A stretch of DNA of 64,000 nucleotides from Chlorokybus atmophyticus (taxonomy: Eukaryota; Plantae; Mesostigma and Chlorokybus algae). Made by a program: the position numbers and the translations under genes. Shown piece by piece: positions 1 through 11,562 of the stretch (the stretch's first letter is position 1; the number at the start of each line of letters is the position of its first letter). Location: assembly GCA_009103225.1 (NCBI GenBank), contig RHPI01001855.1, positions 62,001 to 126,000 of the forward strand, written 5' to 3'. The notes beneath the pieces are model-generated. The model saw only the letters and a program-made list of their open reading frames with translations. It had not been told where the DNA came from and did no database searches.

Positions 1-1216
1 GACTGCATTGTTCAAGGCTTCAAGAGCAGAGCAAACAATACTCGGTGCCACACATTGTTTCTGTTAATGTTACAGCTTACAATAGCTTACAGTGACTTTG
101 ACGATCTAGGTGCAAAGGACTTTGCATTGTTCATTGCACAATGTCTACTGGTGCGCATCGACACGGGGGAAAGCAAGACTGAATCGCCGCCATTGAAAGA
201 AAAAGCATGCAACGAATACCAAGCTTGCTGGCATAACACCCATGTACGTGCTAAAGCATGCTGTAGTGCCGCGAGTAAACAATTTCATTACCTGCAAAAC
301 GCAGCAAACAGCGTTGTCACGCAGGAAGCAGAGCGTCAGCAACACAAAGCTAGCAAGCACACAACAACAAAGCGTGCTTCAGCTAGTCAGTGATGAGCAA
401 GCAAGTTCCAACAAGTGCAACTTGTGCGTCAATGTTGCCTCAAGCCAATCTAATCTAAGGCATAGTGCTTGCTGTCTGTTGCATGCTGGCGTGCTTGCAC
501 TTGTACAAGGCATGCACGGGTTTTGCTTGTAACGTGCGACACGTGCAATGTACAACACATGCGCTGGGGACAAGTACTCCATGACTTTATGCGTCAATCT
601 GTGCACCAACTCCGTGCTGGGCTTTGCAGGTTATCGCCTAACTCAGCAGGTGACAGCTTAGAACAAGGAGATTACCAAGCTGGCCAGGGAGGTAAGCATG
701 ATCAGGCATTGACTCTGACATGTGCCGACAACAGCGCTGGGTTGACGCTTGCGTGAATAGGTGAGAGCGCTGAAGGATTGAAACAAGGAAACACCACAAA
801 GATAAGAACAATCCTTCTTGTACATATATCCGTCATATACATGTCTGTATCAATAGGTCAATAGGTCAATATGAAGTATGCGTGCACGTGTATGTATGCG
901 CGTGTGTAAAAAGTTGCATGTTTGTCGACAGTCCCCACCCGCCCACACTCTCACCTCACACGAACGCGCATGCAAGCACACGCCCACATCAATGCACGAC
1001 TTTGCAGACGCATGCGTGCGCGCGCACGTACACACATGCATGTAGTCCCGCACTAAAACACTAACATGTGCGCAGGACCAGCAAGTCAAAGGATGATACA
1101 AGCTTGGAGTCTACAGGATGGGGTTGTAGTGTAGATAGCCTTGATAAGCATAGCGCATTGTGTTTTCTATAGCTGATATATGCAATTGATTACATGCATT
1201 TTCGTTAATGGTCTCG

Positions 1217-1245
<29 letters not shown>
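1217..1245. repeat. (TA)n microsatellite
   Basis: Seen directly. Confidence 0.98.
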
Positions 1246-1248
<3 letters not shown>

Positions 1249-3946
1249 ATCATGATGTTCGGTGCGAACCAGATCTGGTCTGATTCGCATGCACATGTTC
1301 TCACACATGCATGGACCACTGTAGATCTATGTTCACATGTACAATTCGGACCATACATGGTCCACACATGTTGACACAGATGCATGGACCAAACCGGTCC
1401 GTGTTCACATGGTATTTCAAACCACACATGGTCTCAACAATCTCATGAAGGTTTGCATTAGCCACGGTCCGTACTAAGGGACCATGGTACCATTCACGTG
1501 AAATTCAAACCATGCATGGTCCAACTGTCCATGAAAGCCGGACCATGCATGGTCCGTCAATTTCACTTAAAAGGGGAAAACCCCGGTGCTGCGTCATGGA
1601 CCATTCATGGACCTTGAACGTCAGGCGGTGTGTGCGTATTGCGAACATGAGCAAAGCTAACCCACGCACATGCCCGTGAAGTATACGGCGTGAAAGCGCA
1701 CGCATGAATGAATGCGCATGCACGCACACAACTTGTCATCGCACGCACTCACTTCTTGGTCAAATGAGTATGGTTAGCTATTGCAATACCATTACAAAGT
1801 TTATCACACATTCTCATGCAAATTTTATCACCTGATTGGCAATGTGTTAATCGCACGCAATCAAGGATCCATAATGAAAGCAAGTTATCAATGCATAAGT
1901 GGGGTTTCAAAAAATGCATGAGTGCGATCGAGGGCACATTGTTAACAATACCTGTTTGACTCAAACATACACCGTACCGGCCAGCCTAGTGTTGGTAATA
2001 TACAACATAATCCTTCACTTAAATCTTGAACGGTACGATATGTTGATAGTACTTCAATCGGGCATAGTTGTTTATAAAATCATAACACATGATAAGACAT
2101 CTGTGCATGTTGATTAATCGCGTTACAGATGGGTGCAGCGTTGTCAATGCAGTTGCGCTTGATGCACGAAACACCGTTGTATACCTCCAACTGCTGTTTA
2201 GCATGGGTCAATATTGCAATAAATAACTAGCTGAAGTGTAATGTAATGCATCACATCATATGATGTCAACTTGTTAGACGATGCAAGTCAACCTCGTTGT
2301 GTAATATCAATCATTTATAGCACATGTGCAAGCATAGGTTGTTGTAAAACGGTGCAATACATGTAATACTGATGATATACTAAGTATACAGCGCAAATTG
2401 TAGTCAATAACATGCATTTATGTGTCATTCGCATATCAATCTACTGTTGCTCCTGATACATGTAGGTTGATATGTTAAGCATATACTGGTACGTATCATC
2501 AATACTACGCTACTACCGTACCAACCCAATACAAGGCCCCCTTTTTCACATAAGCCCCATCCTTTCCTAATCAAGAGGGTCCCAATAAAAAAGGGCTTCT
2601 TTTGCAGCTGGAGTGTAACGGGAGCAATAATAATAGGGGTATTATTGCTTCCTAAATAACACTTTCTGTATGAGTAAGTACCTAAATATGCTTATTTATA
2701 CCTCTATTCTACGGTTCCTCGCTTATTAGAGGCTATAATGCTTTATCATAGCCTAAATAAGGCCCAATGGGTGTAGAACCACTTATTCAAGCCTATTTAG
2801 TGTCACATTTAATAAAATGTGATCACTATCTCGTTAGGTACCTTACGATAGGTATCTTTCGATAGGTACCTTATCAAGACCTTATCTGAGTTGTGATAGG
2901 CTTACGCTAGATTTCCTAACTACCCTATCTGTAGGGTCGATGTCTAGTTGTGAGTTAATTATCAAGAGGTGTATATTTCATATATTCTTGATTAAAAGGT
3001 CACATCAAACTGATGTGACCCCACTTTCAGTTCTCTGCTCAGTGGCGGCCACGCCGCTGAAAGGCTTGTCATAGGCGGTGTGGGTGTTGGGGTAGAGGAT
3101 TGAAGGGGCATCAACGGCGACGGTGGTGCTGTTTCATGGAGGGCTTGTAAACGGTTTGGGGGGCTAATAAGTATTTACGTATGTCCCCCACCCTCTTTTG
3201 ATTCAGCTAAACCCAGGTGTGGGAGGGGGCGCGGNNNNNNNNNNNNNNNNNNNNNNNNNNNNNNNNNNNNNNNNNNNNNNNNNNNNNNNNNNNNNNNNNN
3301 NNNNNNNNNNNNNNNNNNNNNNNNNNNNNNNNNNNNNNNNNNNNNNNNNNNNNNNNNNNNNNNNNNNNNNNNNNNNNNNGGGGGGGGGGCTTCGTACCGA
3401 AGTATATTTTTTGACCATATTCATCATGTCACTACAACAAGGTAACGCGCTATAGTATGTACTATTGCGACATCAAGGAACTAACATGCTCAATGTCACA
3501 TCGGCTGAAAACTGAGGTAAAAGCATACATGGTTATTATATCAAAGGTAAAGTACTAGTGTAAACAACGAGATTATGAATGAGTAACACGAAGTCAATAT
3601 GCTTGCTATACGAGCTTTTTGGTGTTCGTGATAAACGTGGCAAACACTAACGGCTTTGCACTTGCTAAGCTGTGCATGCATACCGTGTGCGGTCAGCTTA
3701 ATACATAGTAGTGACATGCACTCACTTGCAGGCGTATGTGCATGTGTGCATGTCGATACGCACATGTTTATGTGTGCGTGTGCGCTTCCATGCACACGCA
3801 CACATTGACAATTATGTGGGTGGTTGTGGAAGAGGCAGAGCGGGTGGAGGCGGGGAGGAAGGGAAGGTGCGTGCGTTGAGAATGTCTAGACGTGCATGAG
3901 CGCACAGACACACACGCATACACACACATGCGCGCGCGCGCGCGCG

Positions 3947-3948
<2 letters not shown>

Positions 3949-4003
<55 letters not shown>
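3949..4003. repeat. (GA)n microsatellite
   Basis: Seen directly. Confidence 0.98.
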
Positions 4004-4007
<4 letters not shown>

Positions 4008-5023
4008 CAACTGCCTGTTCTCAGCCTCCAAACTGAGGCATTCACAACCAACTGTATTATGGCGAACAAGCCAGCTAGCAGCACATGCACGCTGCCCCCA
4101 CTGTCATGCATGTTATGCAAAGCTTTTGGCAGGTATGGCATGACCTTGGGCGTAGGACCGCATTGTCCCCACCGTCATCCCCTCGGAGCTTGAACGGCTC
4201 TGTTCACTACAACTCTTGACCCGTACATCTTTTGGTTGGTACCTGCCCCACCCTTGCTGACTGCCCAATCTGATTCAAAGGCACTGAAGCAGCTTTTAAG
4301 TGGCACACGACACTTGCTTACAATTGCATCAGTTTAGTACAATGCACTCATGAGGTCGCTATGCTGCAGTCGGTCTTGCGAGCCCTACGCTTCAATGAGG
4401 AATCTTCAATTCAGGGCAGGGAGACTATGCTGCTACTGCGCGCTCTTGCCCTGGCTCTGGCTCTGACCTGGCCTATCCTTCCCGCCAATGTAGCGCCGGG
4501 GAGACCATGCGTGGAGGACGCACGGGTACTGCCATGCAGCGGCACCGTCAACAACAACGGGGTGCGTGTGAGCAACACGCAACATCCGTACCTAATCGCT
4601 GAATTATGTCATGCATCGTTAGTGATTGCACATATAACGTAGTTGGTAAGAGCTGTGTGACGCCACACTGTGCGTGTGCTCGGCGGCGGTGGTGGTGGGC
4701 GGGGACCGCCGGCTGCAACGGCTACTGCACGGACCAGAACGATGTTTGCCGTGTGGTGAGGTGTAAGGTTCAATGAAGGGCAGCGCATGCTGTGACCGCA
4801 CCCATGTACATTGGTAATGATGTAATAGTTAGATTGAGTTATTAGCATAAAGGGAAAGGTAGCAACGTAGTCAGTCAGCTGGTCTATCAGCACGGCCAGT
4901 CATGCTACGGGAGCTGCAGCTCAATACGAAAGCCAGGCCTTAAACGGACTTTAGAGCAACATAATTTGTTATCACAGCGACATAATCTGTGAGCTGCAGA
5001 TGGCTGTCCGGCTCAACCTTGTT

Positions 5024-7341
5024 CTATGCAACCTGGCTGCCACAATCGATACGTTCGCCAACAATTGCCGCTCCTGAAGTCACTCGGCGAGAACAGGCAG
5101 TGTCCAGAAACAAGCATTCACAATACAAGGCATCATTTACCGATTGCAGTATATAATTGTCCATGGTTGCCTCCCTTAAACCCGCGTGCGCGCGCGCGTC
5201 TGTGGCGCAAGGGTGTGAGCCTGGCATCAGTATGACTCTGAATAAGGAGTGAAAACTGAGTTGTATGAGACAGGAGCCAGTCATCATGGCCATTTTTGCC
5301 ACAAGCACGAGGCGTGCCACCGATAGAAGCATGCGCCATATGGCGCATGCTTGATTGCCCCATGCATGCGCTGAAGCCGCTGAACTAGGTGTCAACACAA
5401 CGTGGCAAGGCAGCACATGGTGCTTGCCAAGGGACATGCCAAAGAACACCACGAGAGCCACCGTGCGCGTACTGCCCGCGGTTGTTGGCTCCTCAGCATT
5501 GGTTGTTTTTTTCCCATAGAATCTCTTGCAATCTGGCAGAACCGGTCTGGTACTGCTATCACGTGGCCAGAAACGCACCTGATGATAGAAGGAGGAACTA
5601 GAAACGCGCGATAACAGGTGGAGCTTCCAAAGTTCTGTTTCCCACTTGGAAAGCCAGGTGTCAAGTGCTTGGTCGCACATCTGTGTAAGAGCTTCCTGTG
5701 CTTGCTGATGGCACCCTTGCACGTAGAGTTCCTGCGGCAGAGGCTGCTGCCGACTACGCATGACTCACTCAGTGCAGCTTGTGTTGGTTGGTGCATGGCA
5801 CTGTTGGCACGAAATGCAGATCATACGGCACTGCCGTGTGCACAATCAAGAGACTTGCGTGTAAATGACCGATGCTAATTCACGTACCTTCTTCTGCCCG
5901 CACACATGTCGAGCACAACAAGATGTGTTACCTTCACGAGCAGTCCGCACAACTCCGCTCTGCACTCCTGGACCCAGGTGGCGCTAACTGCACGTCTACA
6001 AACTGGTTGTACCCGGTCTCAAAGTCGGTGTAGAACGCTTGAAACCTGGGGCAGCCCGCTCCGCATGGTGGTCGAGAAAAGAAGGTCCTCCCATGTCAAA
6101 GAGGTCGCGCTCGAAGAATGCAGCATACGCCTCCACCAAGGACGCTTGTCAGCCACCAACAGTTCATGCAATGCAGCTAGCATGCATGATCAACCCCTGC
6201 CGGTGACAGTGAGAAGGTTGTCCAAGTGCCAAATACCGCTTCCTTGCAACATACACTACTCTGGCAACGTTGTGGGTGCAGCCATCCATGCGTGTGAGCA
6301 GGTGTCCAGCTTTCCACTACGCGCCCCAGTAAACACAACACAATTGATGCATCAATTGTGCCGGAACGCTGAGATGCAGATGCACCCGCATGTGCATGGC
6401 CGCATACACTCATGTGCTGTTGCCTACCGTGCGCATGTACAGGATGCAACTTGCTAGAAGCGCACTTTGCAATAAGCTGAGAAATGATATCGTATAGACA
6501 TTAATACGACACGCCTCACGCAAAGTAATGTCACAACATGCATGACGGGCACTGATGCAAGCGTTGCAGCATGCACATGCAACCATGCGGACAGAAGGCA
6601 CGTATGGCAAGGTGTATGAAGATACGCTTCACACCATCAGTCAATGACAAGAGTTGCCTGAGAGTCATCCCACATGCACCCATTACTGCACAATCCAGTC
6701 GCTGTTTTCGGTTGTGGCAAGCAGGCGCTTGGGCACAAGGCGCTCCGCATCGGTATCAATGTTCGCGTCTGCAATGACCTGTACATACAACACTTGCTGT
6801 CTGTGTTGAGCTGATGCAGAGGGCACGGCAGAACTGGCCGACTCTCCTGACCTGTGCAGCTCTGCGTGCTTCTAGTTCCGCAAGTGCATGTTGTTGGTCT
6901 GAAGCAAGTGGCACCACCACTGTCGCAGTGGCGCTGCTACCTGTGATGCTGTGAAGAGCGGGCAACTGTTGATCAGTATGCAAAGTTTGCGCACAAGCAG
7001 TTTAAAGACGTTGTCATGCCATGACGGTTGCAAAATGTTCACTGTGCTTGCCTGTAAGCCAGCTGTAGCTGGTGTTGCAAGGCTGCATTCTCTTCCTGTG
7101 CCCGCACGCGCCATGCTTGCTCTTGCTGCCACCTCCGCTTACGAGATTGTACTCGCAGTATCGACTGTCTTTGCTCAGAGATCAAACCTGCAATAAGCGT
7201 CTGCCCTGAAACGCAGCTGCCGTTTGCTTTGCAGGCTGCTAATGCATGCAGCAAGCTGGGTCCTTGCTGTTGCAGTTATTGGCCGTTGTCATCACCATCG
7301 CACCGCGCTTGCCGCAAACGCTTTGAAGGGCGCTGTCCCAT
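5024..7341 (-). pseudogene. GIL1/IRKI-like pseudogene (copy A, inverted paralogue of 8092-10094)
   Basis: Colinear with copy B: MGQRPSKRLRQ, EQAWRVRAQEENAALQHQLQ, ALAELEARRAAQ, DTWLSKWETELWKLHL, VALVVFFGMSLGKHHVLPCHVV. It has an in-frame TAA at codon 22, a CAA>TAA in the third exon, and several small indels. Confidence 0.7.
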
Positions 7342-10262
7342 GCTGTTGTAGGCACCTAAACAATGCATCAAGTTGCTACACGAAGCCTCCCACCCTGCAA
7401 CCGAACCATTCTTCCTCCATCCTAAGCTTGGCAGCTCCCTGCATGTAACATGTGCGTGTGTGTGCTTGAGCCAACCGTTGCATGCATGGCAGGTCAACTG
7501 CCAGGCAAGACAAAGTTGTGTTGTGCTTACAACTCGACGTGTTACACAGACAGCGAGTGAATGACGGTTGGCTCTGTAACGCCACGTCACAGCCTGACGT
7601 ACGCACTTGCATGACAGCCTAACAGCGACTACAGACAACAATGGATCCACTAGACATGATGATGGACTCCAGGTGATTCAAGGCGTTAAGAGTGCAAGTA
7701 TCTCTTCATGCTGCATGGTTTGACTTTATCTGACCATCAAATGCGAGAAATTTGTCACTCAGCAGTCATGATACAAGGATGATCATTCCATTCTTGCCTG
7801 TGGTTGCTGTGAAGCTGTCATGCCATTCCGTACGTCATTGTGACGTGGCTTAAACAGATCAAACTGTCATTTCATCGTTGACACGTCAATTTGAGCGCAC
7901 GACACAGCTCTGTCTTGCATAGGCAGCTGATCACCCATGCATGCAAAGGTTAGCTCGTGAACATAGCCTGCCTGAGCACATGCACGCACATGCAGGGAGC
8001 TGCCAAGCTTAGGAAGGGGGTGCAGTGGGTTGCAGCTTGGGAGGCTTCTTGTAGCAAAATGATGATGCATTGATCAGCTGCCTTCAACAGCATGGGACAG
8101 CGCCCTGCCAAGCGTTTGCGGCAAGAGCCGTGCGTTGATGATGAAAACGGGCAAGAACTGCAACAATCAGAGACCCAGCTTGCTGCATGCATTAGCAGCC
8201 TGCAAAGCGAACAGCAGCTGCATTTCAGGGCAGAGACGCTGCTTGCAGGTTTCATCTCTGAGCAAAAGCAGTTGATACTGCGAATACAAGCTTGCCAGCG
8301 GAGGCGTCAGCAAGAGCAAGCTTGGCGTGTGAAGGCACAGGAAGAGATTGCAGCCTTGCGACACCAGCTACAGCTGGCTTACAGGCAAGCACAGTACGCA
8401 TTGTGTAACTGTTGGTTCAAATATCCTTCAAATCTGCTTAACGCAAGCCTAATTTACTGATCAACATCTGCCTGCTCGTTACAGGTAGCAGCGCTACTGC
8501 GACAGTGGCGGTGCCACCTGCTTTACATCAACAGTATGCACTTGCGGAAATGGAAGCACGCAGAGCTGCACAGGTCAGGAGAGTCAGTCGATTTTTCCAG
8601 TTATTTCTGCATCGGTTCAACACAGACGGCAAGTTTTGTATGCACAGGTCATTGCAGACTACAGATCTCTATTATTGATGCCAATGCGGAGCGCCTCGTG
8701 CCCAAGCACCTGCTTGCCATGACCCAAAACAGCGAGCGGATTGTGCAGCAATGGGTACAGGCGAGATGCTTCTTAGGCAACTTGTTATTGACTTGTGAAG
8801 GCGTGCCTTCTTACACCTTGCCACATGTGCGCCTACTTTTCCGCATGGTTGTCTTTCATTTGCATGCTGCGATGTTTGCATCAGTATTCATCATGCACGT
8901 TGTGAGGAGTGCAATGCCCAAGGCGTGAAGTGATCACGTGTGTAACGACGTCTCAGCTTGAATTGCACTTCTAGCATGTCACATCGTGTACGTGCGCATG
9001 GGTAGGCAACAGCATATATCATAACGGAGTGTAACGGGCATGCATCCACATCCTGTGTCTCAGCTTGAACAATGATGAAGTTGTGTGCTTGTTGTTATAT
9101 CGCGTAGTTGGTCGGACATGCTCACATAGGGATGACTGCAGTTGCAACGTTGTCTGCTGGATTCATGGGTTAAACTGCAATGCAGCGCTCTGTTCAGCAC
9201 TTGAACACCTGCTCACTGTCACAGGCAGGGGTTGAACATGCATTTCAGCTGCATTGCATGGACCGTTCGTTGCTCTTACAGGCCTGCTTGGTGGATTCGT
9301 ATGCTGCATTCTTTGAGCGCGAACTTTTCAACATGGGAGGACCTTCGTTTCCTGACCATCATGCTGAGCGGGCTGCCAGGTTTCAAGAGTATGACACAGA
9401 ATTTGAGACCGGGTGCAACCGGTCTGTAGACGTGCAGATGGCGCATGCCATCTGGGTTCAGGAGTGCAGAGCAGAGTTATGCGGACAGCTAGTACAGGTA
9501 ACACATCTTGTTGTTCTTGACGTGTGCGGGCGTGGGATGTTGACCGAGTTAGCATCGAGCATCTTCATTCGTCTTTTAATTGTACACAAGCGCTGTGTGA
9601 TCCGCATTCCGCACCAACTCCACTGCCTTGTACCAGTCACAATCAAGCAATTGAGTGCTTGTATGTTACTCACTCAGCAGCGTGCGCAGGAGCTCTATAC
9701 GCAAGGGTGTCGTCAGCAAGCACAGGAAGGTCTCGCAGAATTGTACCACACACTCGACACCTGGCTTTCCAAATGGGAAACAGAAGTTTGGAAGCTCCAC
9801 CTGTTCTCGTACGCGTTTCTGGTTCCTCCTTCTATCATCAGGCGCAACTCTGGCCAAGCAAAAGGAGTACTAGACCAGTTCTACCAGATTGCAAGAGATC
9901 CTATGGAGAAAACACCTGTTGCTGAGGAGCCAACAACCGCGGGCAGTACACGCACGGTGGCTCTCATGGTGTTGTTCGGCATGTCCCTCGGCAAGCACCA
10001 TGTGCTGCCGTGCCACGTTGTAATGACACCTAGTTCAGCGCTTGCCACTCCACTGCCACATGTTGACCAGCATGGGCAGAGTTATCTTCCATAGCCTAGC
10101 TGCTCTCCAGGTGTATAATTCATGCCTACTGATGGTGGGCCAAACGCTTGTGGCAAAAAGTGCCAGATCAATTCCCATTTTATACTACGGGGATGCTAGT
10201 TCTTGTTCAGTATCACACTGATGCCAGGCCCACACCCTTGCGCCACAGACATGAGCGCGGGG
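5180..10262. repeat. Diverged inverted duplication; arms ~5180-7550 and ~7880-10262, spacer ~330 bp
   Basis: Blocks match in reverse complement along both arms, including introns and upstream regions. Examples: GTCTGTGGCGCAAGGGTGTG at ~5198 versus ~10230-10250, and ATGCAGGGAGCTGCCAAGCTTAGGA at ~7420-7445 versus ~7990-8015. Confidence 0.9.
8092..10094 (+). CDS. GIL1/IRKI-like coiled-coil protein (about 5 exons; copy B, apparently intact)
   Basis: An N-terminal coiled-coil exon (MGQRPAKRLRQ...QEEIAALRHQLQ) is followed by SYAAFFERELFNMGGPSF..ERAARFQEY, VWKLHLFSYAF.VPPSI and VALMVLFGMSLGKHHVLPCHV. These resemble the plant GRAVITROPIC IN THE LIGHT 1 / IRK-interacting C-terminal motifs (VWLLH.LAFSF, V.F.V.PGF.IG...I.C.V). 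Exon borders are approximate and the family call is by eye. Confidence 0.6.
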
Positions 10263-11026
10263 AACCACCTACAACTGTAGTTACTGCAGGTCAAATAGTG
10301 CCTTAGGAGCGTCAATGCTGGGCTATTTAGACACTGCCTGTTGGCGCCAAGTGTACAGGATAAGCGTGTAGCTGTCATAAATATGCATGTTCACACCGTG
10401 CATCACATAGCATGCTACAGGCACCTTCATGCTGCATGTACGTCTACCAGGCTAATTGTACTCTACTCTACTTGCACTCCCACCGCCCCCTCGTTAGCCA
10501 TGCATGCATGCGTCAACGGCAGTGGTAGTCACCTGCACAGCGGCTGTGGTTAGCAGCCAGCCCTTGTAGGAGCAGCGGCAACAATAGCAGACGATGACTC
10601 ATGAACTCCTCCACCGCCGCCTGTCCGCAGTTGTTGGCGAATCTGAAAAAGGTTACATGCAGACTGTGCAGTACGATTTGCAGATACAGCCAGTCAGCAG
10701 AGTTGCAGCTAGCACAGTACGTGACTGACATAGTAACTCCGGAAGCTGCATGTACGTCCTCATGGAGAACTTCCGGAGCTAGGAGCAGGTCAACCTTCCT
10801 TGATGCAAGTCCAAAGGCAGCAACAGAACTTCCATTAAGTTAAGCCAATGCATCCATTGATTAGACCCTAGTGTGTGCACTTCATAATGCTTTCACCTCG
10901 TCATCATTATATGTACGGTATCACCCTAATGCTACATACATTACAAGTTGTAATTTACAAGCCGCACTGTACTTCAAGGTCTAATTTTTACTTCAGCCGT
11001 TTGCTACTATAACAATAAAGAAATAC

Positions 11027-11142
11027 GGTCTGCAGGTCTTTAGCAACACACACGTAAGTTGCATTGATGTCTGTGTTGCTAAAGACCTGCAGACCTAACT
11101 TGGAAATACAACCGAGACAACTCGGTTGTATTTTCAAGTTAG
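11027..11142. repeat. Two abutting hairpins (24-bp perfect stem; 22-bp stem with one G-T pair)
   Basis: 11027-11050 is the exact reverse complement of 11072-11095. 11095-11116 pairs with 11121-11142 with one G-T pair and a 4-nt loop. Confidence 0.95.
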
Positions 11143-11562
11143 TCGGACTCGGAAAAAGGATTGTAATGTATGTAGCAGTACGGTAATTTCACCGTTTCAC
11201 CTAATTTCACCTGATACGTCTATCACATTATTTTCATTTACAGACCGTCGTAACGTACTTTATCTGACGGTGATCCTCACTTGAGCTCTTCCTGGAAGCC
11301 ACATGATTAATAAATGCCTTAACGAATGCTCAGCTTCCGTTAACTCTCCCGGAATACTCCGGAAGCGTCGGGAAGGCACGCCACAGTCGACCAGGCCTAC
11401 CTCACCTGTCACGTGCAAGTGACCGCGTGCACATGTGCCGCTGTCAGACTGCTTCTTCTTCGCTTATCCCAGCGCTTGCCGGGCAGCTGCACCAACCACG
11501 GTGGCGGCGACGACGACAGCGACACCACCACCGGCGCAGCACCGCTTGCTGCCGAGCCCGCC

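Noticed and set aside
1-1100. Short ORFs and a possible coiled-coil exon (RLTQQVTA*NKEITKLARE)
   Set aside because: No recognisable family, an in-frame stop, and no consistent exon chain.
3198-3455. ORFs spanning N runs (also 12194-12569 and 47256-48072)
   Set aside because: Artefacts of assembly gaps flanked by G/C homopolymers.
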